DNA of 64,000 nucleotides from contig NC_134027.1 in assembly GCF_964204645.1 (NCBI RefSeq), positions 22,840,560 through 22,904,559 of the forward strand, given 5' to 3'. Under the pieces are notes generated by a model. The model was not told the origin of the DNA. It made no database searches and saw only the letters and a program-made list of their open reading frames with translations. The DNA is from Tubulanus polymorphus. Taxonomy: Eukaryota; Animalia; Nemertea. A program made the translations under genes and the position numbers. Positions within the stretch are counted from its first letter, which is position 1; each line of letters opens with the position of its first letter. Of this stretch, positions 50,001 to 63,125 are shown piece by piece.

Positions 50001-52857
50001 GTTTTATAGAGTAAGGGTTGCACCGGATGATAAAGACTGCTTGAGATTCTTATGGTGGCCGGATGGTGATTTGAACAAGAAAGCCTTACCATTCCGTATG
50101 TTAGTTCACTTATTTGGGGCAATCTCATCCCCGAGTTGTTCTAACTGGGCTTTACGCCGGACAGCCACTGACAACGTTAGCAAGTATGAAGTAGAAGTTA
50201 CCAATACAGTCTTGAAAAACTTCTATGTTGATGACTGTTTGAAGTCTCGTGTACAACAAGATGGTCAAAATCCAGAATTTGTGATGAAACTGATATCTCT
50301 GTGTAAAGAAGGGGGCTTTCGACTCACCAAGTTTGTAAGTAATGATCGTTCTGTAATTGAAAGTTTGCCAGAGGAAGAGCTTGCTAAATCTTGCAAGGAG
50401 TTGAAGAGTCTGGATTTTGGTTCGCCAACAGAAAGAGCATTGGGCGTCCACTGGAATATAGAGAACGACACTTATGGCTTCAGGATAACTTCTAAGCATC
50501 AACCAAATACACGCAGATGGATTTTGTCAACGGTCAGCACAGTCTATGATCCTTTGGGTATTGCTGCCCCATATGTACTGCCGGTGAAAATTCTGCTACA
50601 GGACTTATGTAGAGAGAAGCTTTCATGGGATGAAGAAATTCCTGAAAAATATCTGAAAGTTTGGGAGAAATGGCAGGAAGGTTTACCTGGCCTTGAAGAG
50701 TTGGCTATATCACGATGCTTCAAACCTCAATGGTTTCATGGTTCTTCGAAATCTTGTCAGCTGCATCATTTTGCGGACGCAAGTGATGTTGGGTACGGCA
50801 CTGTATCATATTTGCGCCTTGAAGATGAAAATGGTCAAGTACATTGTTGTTTTATATTTGCTAAAAGCAGAGTAGCTCCTTTGAAGAAAATGACAGTTCC
50901 TAGGATGGAATTTGCTGCAGCTGCATTACTGATTAAGATGAATAAGATGATGTTGGAAGAATTGGAGTACAGTGTTTCAAATGTATATTTTTGGAGCGAC
51001 AGCACTGCAGTACTGAAATATATTGCTAATGAGACTGCTCGTTATCACACTTTCGTAGCGAATAGAGTGAATTTAATTAGAGATGGTTCAAGTATTCAGC
51101 AGTGGAAGTTTGTAGATGGTCATCTGAACCCAGCAGATTATGCGTCTAGGGGTTTGTCACTGGATTGTATAGAACAAAACTCAGTAGTATGGTTACACGG
51201 CCCGGAGTTCCTTTGGAAGCCAATATCTGAGTGGCCATGTCAACACGGTGTTTTACGGTCCCTGAGTGATGATGATGTTGAGTTGAAGAAGACTTCTAAT
51301 GCTGTACTTTCGGTTTCTGATGATGATCCTATAAGACATCTATTTAACTACTACTCAAGCTGGCATAGACTCAAACGTGCCGTTGCATGGTTTTTAAGGT
51401 TGAAAGATTGTTTGCTGTTGAGAGTAAGTAAACGTCTTTCTGGTGAAAACGCTAATGCTGAACGATTGAATACCAATAAGCTGAGTACTGATGATCTTCA
51501 AAGAGCCGAGCTGGCAATTATTAAATGCGTACAGGAAGATTATTTCAGGAAAGAATTAGTGATTCTCCGTTCAAATGATAGAAAGTTGATTCCCAGAGGT
51601 AGTCAATTGTATCAACTAGATCCTGTTTTAGAAGACGATATAATCCGTGTTGGTGGTCGGCTGAGAAAAGCATATTTTCTTGAATATGAACAACGACATC
51701 CGGTTGTATTGCCTAGATGTTCTCATGTGTCGAAATTGATATTGTTGAGTGTTCATGCATCGGTCGGGCATCTTGGTAAAAGCTCAATGTTAGCCCGATT
51801 GCGCGAGCGTTACTGGATTTTAAGGGCTAATCAACTGGTTAAGGATATAACGAGGAAATGTGTTTTATGTAAAAAGTACCGTGGTCAAGTTTGTAATCAG
51901 AAGATGGCAGATCTTCCTCAAGAGCGATTGTTGCCTGACAATCCGCCATTTACTAATACGGGAACAGATTACTTTGGCCCGTTTGAGGTAAAACGGGGTC
52001 GTTGTATTGAGAAGCGTTATGGTGTTATCTTCACCTGCCTGGTAACTAGGGCTGTTCATTTGGAGGTCTCGCCTACTCTGGACACATCTGGTTGTATTAA
52101 CGCTTATCGCAGATTTATCGCACGACGTGGAAATGTACGTCTAATTCGATCTGATAATGGAACCAATTTTGTTGGAACCAATCGAGAGCTACAGAGGAAT
52201 ATTGATTGTTGGAATAAGGACCAAATCCATGATTTCTTATTGCAGAACAATGTCAAGTGGATTTTTAATCCTCCAGGTGCGAGTCACTTTGGAGGTGTAT
52301 GGGAACGCCTCATTCGTTCCGTCCGTAAAATCTTGTTTTCATTGATGAAAGAACAAGGTTCAAATCTAAATGATGATAATTTATCCACATTGTTCTGTGA
52401 GGTCGAGTCGATTTTGAATAGTCGACCTATATCTACGTTATCAAATGATCCAAATGATCTACAACCTTTAACCCCGAATCACCTATTACTGTTACACAAA
52501 GGATCTACTTTTCCTCCCGGACTATTTGACAAATCCGATTTATATACTCGACGTCGTTGGAGGCAAGTTCAGCATATTGCGAATGTTTTCTGGAAGCGGT
52601 GGACATCTGAGTATTTGCATCTCCTGCAGATTCGCAGTAAATGGAATACTGCGAAACGAAACGTATGTGTTGGAGATATTGTCTTCATCGTCGATGGATC
52701 CATCCGTAACTCGTGGACTCTATCGCGTATTTCAGAAGTCCATCGTGATCGAAAAGGTTTTGTTCGTTCGGCTTCAGTAAGAACGGCAAAGGGTACTATT
52801 TTTCAGCGTCCTATTGATAAGCTGTGCGTTCTCGTCGAAAATGAAATTAAACTTTAG
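47027..52857 (+). CDS. BEL/Pao gag-pol polyprotein (one -1 frameshift near 47158 joins ORF 47027.. to ORF 47257..52857)
   Basis: N-terminal RSLTEKG motif, three Zn knuckles, protease FLDPGS, RT FYVDD, RNase H FADAS, and integrase GTDYFGP / SDNGTNF / GGVWERLI, in BEL domain order. Confidence 0.9.
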
Positions 52858-52966
52858 ATTCTTTTTGTTACTTTAGATTCATCGTGCTTAACAGTCAAGA
52901 ATAGGTTTTTGTTTTTGGACATTATCGTTATTATGTTAATTGAGTTTCTCAATTAGGGGGCGGGTA

Positions 52967-53394
52967 TGTAAGGAATAATTCCTGAAATTCTGCTTTATTG
53001 TATTCTGTATACTGTATTTGATATATTTCTATGGTTGTTATTTCATGGTTTCTGGTCATGGTAATTCTATAGCCTGAGAATTTGTATAGTTCAATAGATA
53101 TATCAGATATTGAGATTTTTGGTCACTTGTTATATGGATTTAGACCTGTAAGGTTGTGTTGCTGTATTTGAGTAAAGGGTGAAGATTTAAATTGAAGGTT
53201 TAGACAGCCAAATATTACGGTAAATTGCTAATATAAAGATATTCTCTTATGTCAATAATTATACAAATTTATTTATGGTAATTTTCTATTTGTTTGTAGT
53301 TAATCGTGCATCCGTGTTTGTGACGTCTGAAAATAAATGTCCTAATGATTTTTTGCCACGGAACATGAATCTTACGTATCGGTTGATCTTCACA
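52967..53394 (+). repeat. BEL 3' LTR
   Basis: Preceded by the PPT and followed by the TSD ctggc. Confidence 0.95.
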
Positions 53395-53399
53395 CTGGC

Positions 53400-54715
53400 C
53401 ATGGCCATTATTGCTGCTAAGCTAGACAAGGATTCCTTGTCCGAAAGTTTAGTTTTCTGGTTTTCTACTACTGTTTCATCTCTCCTTTTCTCACTTTTCT
53501 TAACTTTATCGAATCGAGTTAATCCATCGGCATTTTGATGGATCGCCCCTTTTCTATGAGTGATCGTAAAATCATAAAGATTGTAAATATTGTTGTAATG
53601 TTGATAATTGTAAAGACCACCTAGCCAATTTTCCACTGGGCTCTTTCATATTCATCAACCATTTTAACGCGTGGTGATCGGTGACTACTTCAAATTTATT
53701 GCCATAAATGTATGGTTCATACCTCTTAACTGCCTCAACTACCGCTAGGCATTCTCTCTCAGTCGTGGATAGGTTACGTTCTGCGGCCGAGAGAGTTCGC
53801 GTGCCATAGCAAATCACTCTTTCAGATCCATCATGAATCTGTGCCAGAACAGAACCTATAGCTTCTGAGGATGCATCAGTAAATAAGATAAATGGCATTT
53901 CAAAGTTTGGATACGCCAAAATTGGAGTGGTTGTTAACTTATTCTTCATTGTGTCAAAAGCTAATTGACAAGATTCAGACCAAATAAATGGAACGCTTTT
54001 CTTAGTTAGGTCTATCAATGGCTGAGCTATGCGTGCAAAGTCTTTTATAAATTTCCGATAGTAAGAACACAGATCTAGAAATCCTCTTAGTTTCTTAATG
54101 GTTAATGGTTGGGGATATTCTTGAACAGCGGCTATTTTATCCATATCAACCGAAATTCCTTCCGCCGAAATGATATGTCCTAAATATTTAACAGACTTCA
54201 AACCAAATTTGCATTGAGGATTTCAATCTTAGTCCTGCCTGTCGCAATCTATCAAATACACATCTTAAATTATCTAGATGTTGTTGCCATGTACTACCAA
54301 AGCATATGATATCATCTATATGAACCATACATATGTCATTAGTCAAGCCATGTAAGACCTCATCCATCAGTCTGGAAAAGATTCCTGGACTGTTGGCCAT
54401 GCCTTGAGGCATTACCTTCCATCTATAAAGTCCTCTTTGAGTACAACATGAAGTAATATCTCTACTCCCTTCTTCTAATTCAGTTTGAAAGAATCCTGAT
54501 AATAAATCAAGAGTAGTGAAAATGATTGGTTTGCTTTGACCCAATGAAGATAAAAGTCTTTCGATTCTTGGCAGAGGATATGCATCCTTCCTAATTACGG
54601 CGTTTACTTTTCTATAGTCTACACAAAATCTATAAGAACCATCTGGTTTCTTAATAAGAACCACTGGAGATGCCCACGCGGCATCTGATGGTTCAACTAA
54701 ATCCATATCAACCAT
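53400..54715 (-). pseudogene. Gypsy reverse transcriptase and RNase H fragments
   Basis: WASPVVLIKK, RFCVDYR, MPQG, HIDD (mutated YxDD), YLGH, FTDAS and ERECLA. Frameshifted. Confidence 0.9.
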
Positions 54716-54922
54716 TTTTGATACTTGTCTATCTATTTCTGTCTCAAGAATCGGTGCAGCTCGATAAGGGCGCGACCTAATTGGGGGATGTCCTTCAACA
54801 TCAATTGAGGCTCTTATTAAATTAGTTCTACCTATCTCTTCCGGGGAATTTGCAAAGCAATCCCTATATTCCTTTGATTTCGTTAATTCATTTTTCTGTT
54901 CATTAGTTAAATCAGACTCACT

Positions 54923-56506
54923 TCAATCAACATTTGGAGCTCCCAATAAATCATCATTTTCTATGAATGGGCTTGCAGTTTGGTTAAATGGTGACCTTAT
55001 TCCACTTATTTCTGGTTTATCTTCCGTGTTGGAAGATTCTTCAATAGAAAATATTTCCTTACCCGTATTACTATACTGTGGTAGGAAATAACCTAATGTG
55101 GTTCCTTTACGTATAATTACATCCTCGTCATTTACATTCATTAATCGAACCGGTATATAAAGTTCATTAACAGTTCCTAATGTTTGACCACATAATATTT
55201 TATATTTTGCTGGTAAATTATAATCAGAATTTACTATCCCTTGAGTGCCATTCGATATAGGTGCTTGAACACTACCCATAATAAAATTTCAGAATTTGCT
55301 GGTATTTTCTCACTTTGTCTTGCTGCAATTTTACTAGACCAACAAGTGGTGCTACCACTCCTATTTTTGTTAAAGTCAATAATCTATTCTCAAAATCAAT
55401 AAATGCTTTATATTTTTCTAGATAATCGCTTCCCAAAATAACATCATGAATAAGATTATCAACTATGTAAAAATCATGAGTGGTTGTATCGTCATATATA
55501 TCCAAATTAATCGAGGTCAATCCTAATAATTTGAAATTACTTCCCTGTACTGAAATTGCTTCTTCAAAACTTCCCTTTTTAAATGCGGGCTTTTCATTTA
55601 AACTATTGTATACTTTCAAGCTCAAAACCGAAATTCCAGCACCCGTATCAATAAGGCATTCAACTGATTGACCATTAATTTTAGCGTTTATTGTCATCGC
55701 TAACGATGTCATAAATGGACATAGGGGTAATTTAGTTGCATTGATGGATACACGATTGTTTGACTCTTTTAAATTAAACTTTGTTTTGCTCGAAATAATG
55801 GGTGAACTTTGCTTGCAGAGGAAACCGGGTTTTTGTCAAATGTGATTAGATTTTTTGGAATTACTTTTTGTAATTATATCTTCATCAGAGTTCGTGTATT
55901 CATCATTTTTTTCTAAGCTGATTGTCGGGGTTGTATTCTCTTTGTTAGACCTAGAGTCTACCCCTTGAACCCAGGTCTGTTTTGGTTTTCCGAGTTCGAA
56001 TTTGACCTGCCATTTTGACGTGGGTTATTTCTATTATACTGGTAATTATTGTTAGGATTCTGATAGCGCGTGCACTCATGGTGCCCAGTTTTACCACAAC
56101 GCTGACAAATGATTCGGCCTTGATAGTTTCTTTGGTCTCTTGTAGGCAAATTTTTGTGCATTCTTTCAGTTTGAATTTTGAGACGCAATAATTCTCTCTG
56201 AAAACTATCCATCTGTTTGGTTAAGAGTTTTGTTATTTCCTTCATTTCCGAAACATCTTGCGAAACAGTGTTTAATTTAGAATCAGAAGGTGAAGATATT
56301 CCCGCAATCGGAACTGTGTTTTGAAGTGAATTGACCGATTCATAAAGGCGTGCAAAACCCTCAGCTTCATCAATGGTTGATGGACCTTTAGCGATAACGA
56401 ACATCTTCATGCCATTGTGCATACCCGAAATAAATGGCATTAATCGTTCACTTGACGTTTTTCCCAAGGACGAGCAAATGGCATGAATGTCTGTTATGTA
56501 ATCATC
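54923..56506 (-). pseudogene. Gypsy gag C-terminus (Zn knuckle) and aspartic protease fragments
   Basis: CQRCGKTGH knuckle in 55958..56467; CLIDTGA and ILGSDYL in 55272..55712. Confidence 0.85.
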
Positions 56507-58316
56507 TCTTCCCCTTCACAGCTCGTTTCAGATGAACACCTAGATTCGCTATAGACTAGTTACATTGATAACCATCGCATTGAATGTACCGGTTAATTTT
56601 CGTCAAACTTCATGCATTTCCGACTGGCGTTTTGGAAGTTACTGTCAATAATAATCACATTTGACATCCACCTTTTATATTCCCATTGCGGCAAATTCGG
56701 TTATGATGATGAATGGTTTCGTCTAGTGAGAAAACAACAAAATCAAAACGTACAACAATAATGCTTGTAACAGTTTCACTCGCAATCGAGAATCGCAAAA
56801 GAGATGGAGAGATTTTCTATATGACATTTTCACACAAATACATGTTTGACGAGATAATCGTGAATATTTCTAGACAAAAATCTGCTGTGGATATTAGTCA
56901 ACCATTGATTCCTAGTTTCATTCACTTAATACTACTTAAACCCGTACTGTGGATCGGTAGATGTGACGCACGCACGGACGCATGTATATTTTTTCGAATA
57001 CACTCCTTAAACTATACACATTTAACGCGTAATTCCATTGCAACATTTCTGCAAATAAAGAACGACAGGTTAGATCGAGTTTTCAAATTCATTTCTTAAT
57101 TTCCACTATCAACATTAGATTGATATTCATCAATGAGAAACACAAGTAAGAGTTAATGAGAAACGCAGTAGCAGTTAATGTGCTTTCGTGCACTGGACTC
57201 GACCTTGGGACCTCCGCTATCTGAGAATACTATAGTTTACGGGTAGTAGTTTTCCTGCTTAGCGGTGGGAATTCACTTTGATATCATTCTGACCTCGCTA
57301 CGAACGAACTTTTGAGCAAACATTTCCCAACGTGCTCAGATGCGTTACGTATATTTCACCATTTACAATGAATTCTGCAACAACGAACATTTACATCAAA
57401 TTTAGTTACATTTACATTTAGCACAGCAATAAACTTTCATGAATTTGAGTGTATTTTGTCAGGTTTCAAAGAATTGACTTTTCATTTGGTCCGAACAATA
57501 AATCGTGAACTTCCATTCATAAAACATTATTTCACTTGCGTTACATTATTTCCAGTCAGTCAGTCTACACAAGAGTTTGCCTTCACGTGTGAATCAGACA
57601 TTTAGTATCTTATATCCTCATGAATCATGAATTTAACTCAGATGCAAATCGGTTGACCTTATGCTAGTTACACAGTACTAATGTCACTAATTCACGCACG
57701 GTGAATTTTTTTGGCTGCCTAATTTAATACATCAAGATTTTGGAAGTAGCTAATTACAAGGGTGAAGATCATTTTGTCCATTTTTATATTTTTTTGGTCG
57801 TTTTCTACGTGTAAATAGTCCGATAGTTTATTGTGGTTTTTTCTCGGGTAGATGCTTTTAACGGTAGGTCAATTATCATTGAATTAAGTCACACATTTCT
57901 ATGAGAAAATCTAGAACATCTTGGAGACAATACAGAAACATTCTAACGAAGGGCTAGATATCGTAGACATTTTTTCCAACCATCCTTGACCGAGCCTCCG
58001 CGTCTGCCTTGTCATTTTCGGGAAAGTGAGCATTTCATTTGTCCGCTTGCATTCTTAGTTTTCCTTCGTTAAAATTTAGCTTCTAACGATATTTTACTGT
58101 TTTCTAAAAACACTGTATATTCATACATATCATCTATGTGTTTCTGGATATTATTGATTTTATATTTATTCCTGAACCGAATTTCCATCAATTGCAGTTT
58201 ATTCAAACATTAATGAAGCATAAGGCAAAGACTCGCGTATGGATTATATTCGTTTCATCTGAAACCTTCTTATCTCCCTGTGAAAAGCGTTTACTATTGA
58301 TAAAATTATATTTCAG

Positions 58317-58651
58317 ACTCTTACGCTGCGGAAACACTGTATGTAAATGTGGCTTTTGGCGGTAAGCAAATCATCATTAAATCACTTCATCAATTATCAT
58401 TAACCCATACCATAAAATTCATAAAATCGATAGACATCATTTTAAGCAAACAATTTAGAATCTTCACAAAAGACTTAGATATTGTCGGTTTTTTTTTGTT
58501 TTAACTACTCGTCACCTTAGCTCCGCGACCGCTTTATCATTTTTCTGGGATAGTGATAACTTTTTAAAACTATGTGTTTTGTTTGTTTCCTTCATTAGAA
58601 GCAGAGTCTGCAACTGATGACCAGAACCATTATGAAGAAGTCAGGAACTAG
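58317..58651 (+). CDS. Last two cytoplasmic-tail exons of a short-tail IgSF gene (probably the orphaned 3' end of G5)
   Basis: 58317-58361 (SYAAETLYVNVAFG) and 58599-58651 (EAESATDDQNHYEEVRN*) are homologous to G1 17407-17451 and 17631-17677. Downstream 58900-59210 resembles the G1 3' region 18085-18330. Confidence 0.7.
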
Positions 58652-61600
58652 CAAAAGCGATCTCTTTTCTTCTAGTTAGTTAATTCGGCCACCGTGTTAA
58701 AAACTGTGGATTAGGGATACCGGTTCATTCGTGACGGTGTTACGGTCCCGTTTTGTCTGACGAATCGCAGGTAGTTTGTTTTCAATGAATGAAATCGATC
58801 CTTTTCGGAAGAAATAACATAATTGATAAGAGTTCAAATGTCAAATCAATGCCTCGAGGAAAATAAGAATATTTTCAAATGCAGATAAATCCTAAATACA
58901 GGGATAGTATTTGTACATGTATGTATATTTGTAACATAGATGCAGCTCCGATCTGTGATACGTGTCTCTCGAAAGTGATATTTTGTTCTCAATTGAAACA
59001 TTTTCTTTTGTTATTACATTTTGTACGAATTGCGTTGGATTATTTGTGGGTAAAATATCTTTTTCTTATCTTTATCGATATTAATCTATTTAATCGATTC
59101 GTTTATTCAATTTGTTTATCTAAATCATTTAATCAAGGCTACGCCGTGCTTTGTAAAGTTAACCTGATGTTGAGTTGAAAATAATGAAATATTGCTGTTT
59201 TCCATAACGGAATGTATACAATAGATTCTTCTTACCTCACTCAAGTTTACATCTACCCTTCAAACAACATCTACATTTTTCCTCTCTCAATAATTACACA
59301 TGAAATAATCTTATAGGGAGCCTTGTTCTATCGTTTATATGTATTGGCTATTTTTATGTAAACTTCTTTCAAAATAAAGAATATCTCACGCTCAATTTAG
59401 TTGAATTACAATTTTCTTTTGCGTTTCAAATTTCAGGCTTCATTTCGCAAAGATTTGTTGCTGTTTTCGCAATTTTTTACGAAAATAGGTGACAATCGAA
59501 ACTATTTCAATCAAACTCTCAGGAAGGGGAGAATTCGTGATTTTGTTTATGACATGTTGGAAGATGTCGGAGACATACAGTTGGAACCTCGTTGAAGAAA
59601 GCCACTAAATATTTGGATGGATATATGAAAGCTGTGGGTACTGGAGTGTGTAATGGGTAGTGTAGTGTGATCTGTGTGCATTTGTGGCCAGCACACAGAT
59701 CACATTGTTCAATGGGGTTTGGTCCAGGACTCGTGAGATTTTCTACAACACGGAAGTAACGTGTAATAAATGATGACTTGAATTGCATGACTGCCTACCA
59801 CCCCTCATTATTGTTGGAAAAGTAAACGTTCCGCACTGACTAAAAATTAGTAATAATAATTAATAACATTTTTGAAATGACCAGAATCTTAACTTAGGTT
59901 CTATCTCATTTTTATTTTACAATTGCGATTGGTATAATTTTTTTTAAACGGCCGTTAAGGCTTCATGTTTCGTCTGCAATTCACTGCAAATAGTTACGCA
60001 ACTACGCACATTTCAGTGTTTTTGGCAGCTGTACACTCAATCGGCACCGTTCGTGACTAGCTTCACTGCGGAATTATCATTAATTTACATCGCCATATCA
60101 CATCATCAACTTATATTGTGCCTTAAAACCCTAACAGCCGAAATAATTGAAATGCACACACGATTTCTATCATTGAAAATTGAGAGAGTGGCCGTGTTTG
60201 TGTTCTGCTGCTTCGCGTAAATCCCCATGGGGGCGCAACCGCGCGGAGTGGGGCCGATACGTCTAGCGGGTAGCGCCGATATATCCGTGTTAAACGGGTT
60301 TCTTATTGAACCGAGTCATACTAATACTTAGAAGTCATTTCTTTTGGAACTGTGGAGCCTGATGTAGATTAGAATGAAATAATGTCTCAATTCATATTTA
60401 TGTTTATAGGGGAAAATAGAAAAAAACGCCCATAGATTGCATATATACGAAACTGAATATTTTTTTATTAAAAATTGAAAATTCTGCAAAAGCGTTTGCA
60501 ATGGTGTATTAGATATATTATCATTCATTACATATACATGTATAACAAGCCAAACAAATCGTAATACGAACAATTGAGTATCAAAGCATCAATTTAAAAA
60601 GCCCTAGTGCAAAAAATATCTGCTTCTTAAATCCTAGTATAGCATGAAAAATGCCATTTTCAAAAATACTATGATATCGACATCTTTTTATTTCATTTAG
60701 AGATACGTGCATTGACATTCTCTTATCACAGACGCGCGTCAGAGAAATCCACCACAGTGTCAATGGCTATAGACGTTGAGTAACGGAATAGTTCACATAA
60801 ACATAGGTGAAAACTATCAGGTTTTGTGTAACAAGTAGTACTTAGAAATGATTGAGGTTATTGTGACTGCAAAAAAGCATATAACTAGAGGGGCCAATGG
60901 ACCAAGTAAGCATTCGAGATGAAATCATCTCTTGAGGGAAGAACTATATGAACAACTCAACACTATACAAATCTTAACCAGTTCACCAGATAATCTTTGC
61001 ACCAGGAAGAATCATGGGTTTACGCTGGTATAAGGCTAAACAAAATTGATACCTTGTTTCTCATAATCGACCAGGTCAATTTTGTAAAATATCATGAAAT
61101 TTGTAATCAGTTCATTTCTATAGCTGCCGGGTCTGCAATGGTAAAATTAATCACGATTTTGAAAAAGTAATGTATAGGGAAGATAGGCCTATAGATAGAT
61201 CCCGTTTAAGTTGCTCGAGTTTGAGTTAACTGGAGGACGGAATTGAATGAAATGACTACACGAAGCTTCATGAAGACTGCCGTCTTTTCAAGGGAGGGTA
61301 AAAAATATCACACCAGTTATATCAATAAGATTTTATGAAAATATATGAGACCAATATACACAGTAACTATTTGTAAAGAATATACGCATACATCATTGTT
61401 TAACATAGCTGCATAATTAATTGTTGAATTACAACGTTAGCCATCTATAAAATGTCGAAACAACAAACGCTGTTTGGATGGCTTTGCGATGTGGTTAGGT
61501 CTATTTCTCGCCTGTTGGCTGCCTAGAATGAATTGGCAACTTTGTGATGAAGATGTCAAATGATGCCGAGGAACTTTTGAAATTAACATTGCTTGGACTT

Positions 61601-62331
61601 AAAATTAGCGTTGATAGGAATGAATTCAGAAAGTCAAACCAACACGCAGGTCTTATAGAAAACTATCTACTCTTAATATTACAAATAATTGATAATAAAT
61701 CAGTGAGCTCACAATATAGATATTAGGCATAAGCATTATTGATGATGATATCTTGTAACTGTATTAGTCCTTTTATAGAAAAATATCTGATTGTGCTATG
61801 TTCTTATATAAACAGTTAATGTGCGTTAAGTCAAGTTAAGTTCTTGTATTTCTCTCTGACACCTGTTCCCAAACCCATCGTGGAGATTTTTGTTTTCTTC
61901 CAATTTTAACGTGGCAAATGAGTATTTTACACAGATATTATGCATGCAAATCGAAGGGCTAGATTTAAATCATATTTCAAAATCAACCCTACCACATTGA
62001 AAAAACTGTTAGAAACCAGCAGTGTTTTGTTAAAATACTACAAAATGGACGTCGGATCCAGTTTCACCATGATGTCCGTATGTAACTTTCAAACCTAATA
62101 GAGAACTGTAGAACTAGATCCAGAAATGGCTCTCCTAAATATTGCGATTGTTTCAGGGACGGATTTCGCAAGAGATCACGAAAACCTGTGAGAACGAAAG
62201 GATCTGACCGAGGTCCAGGAATGGCGCCAGACGTATCCTCGACAGTCATATGATATCAGTGATAACATGCTACATAGAATCCTTAGAACCTCGCTCGACT
62301 GAACACAGTGGATGAGACAATAATACAAAAA

Positions 62332-63125
62332 TCAACAACTCTTTTCCTGCTGCTCTTTTTCTTCACGTTGTCTGCGGCGTTCGGCCTCTTCTGCTTCCAA
62401 ACGAGCGACGAGTTCAGCTTGAACTTGCGGCTCAACGACGCGACCGAGTTCTGAGTACGTCGAATAATCATCGAAATCACCGATAAGCACACCAGGGGGC
62501 GCTTGAATTTTGACGTTGTTAACGACGTGTAAATAGATCGGTTCTTTTCTCAGTTCTTCTACATCGTCTGCATTGAATGCAGGGTTGTCGACACCACAGT
62601 TAACGTACTTCACGATATCCCCATCGTCATTGTTGTAAACGTCTTGATAAGGATTCTCTTTGTCGCCAATTGTTTGATAGGGATTTTCTGAAATCATACG
62701 CGTAACAACATTTAGTGAACTCAACAAACAATCCGTCAAACGATTCAGTTGGCCAGTCTACATCTGGGAATTGAAGGTTACAATAAATCTATCAAACCCT
62801 CCCGCATAAAAGTGGCTGCTTTCTGAAATGCCCATGACATCGTCAAGTCTGCCCACTAGTGATTGGATATTTACTTCACGCCCTATTTTCCACAGTAAAC
62901 TCTGCCTTACTTGGACTTCTTTTCTTTTCCCTTTTAGAAACGGTATTTTAGAGTTAGCGTATCGGACATCGCACAAAATTTCGATTCTCTCGTTAGAATC
63001 GGTGTACACGTAGAACTCACCCATTTCGTAGTTTCCATTTGTCTCTGCTTTTTTCGCCTTCTTTCCTTTACGCTTTTTGTTTTTCTCGACTTGCGCGTAC
63101 AATGGTTCTGCACTATCCACCGACC
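62332..63125 (-). CDS. G6: last cytoplasmic-tail exons of a long-tail IgSF gene entering from the right edge; paralog of G3
   Basis: Exon 63125-63021 (SVDSAEPLYAQVEKNKKRK...) and terminal exon 62687-62332 (NPYQ...EPIYLHV...STYSEL...EKSC*) are homologous to the G3 tail exons. Confidence 0.75.

Larger units (their letters stand above)
46583..53394 (+). mobile_element. Full-length BEL/Pao LTR retrotransposon inserted antisense into Gypsy pol
   Basis: 428-bp LTRs at 46583-47010 and 52967-53394 (TG...CA), a 5-bp TSD CTGGC on both sides, and a PPT (aattagggggcgggta) before the 3' LTR. Confidence 0.95.
40804..56506 (-). mobile_element. Decayed Ty3/Gypsy LTR retrotransposon with chromodomain, 5'-truncated, hosting two nested elements
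   Basis: On the - strand, in order: gag, protease, RT, RNase H, integrase, chromodomain, extra ORF, PPT and 3' LTR. Many frameshifts and stops. Gag homology ends near 56506 with no 5' LTR visible. Confidence 0.85.

Noticed and set aside
47257-54715. Reverse transcriptase acting as a diversity-generating system for the V domains
   Set aside because: Both RTs belong to ordinary LTR retrotransposons (the BEL has LTRs and a TSD). There is no template/variable repeat pair with adenine-specific differences.
59400-62000. Short ORFs between the convergent 3' ends
   Set aside because: No motifs, exon structure or paralogy recognised; treated as intergenic or decayed repeat DNA.
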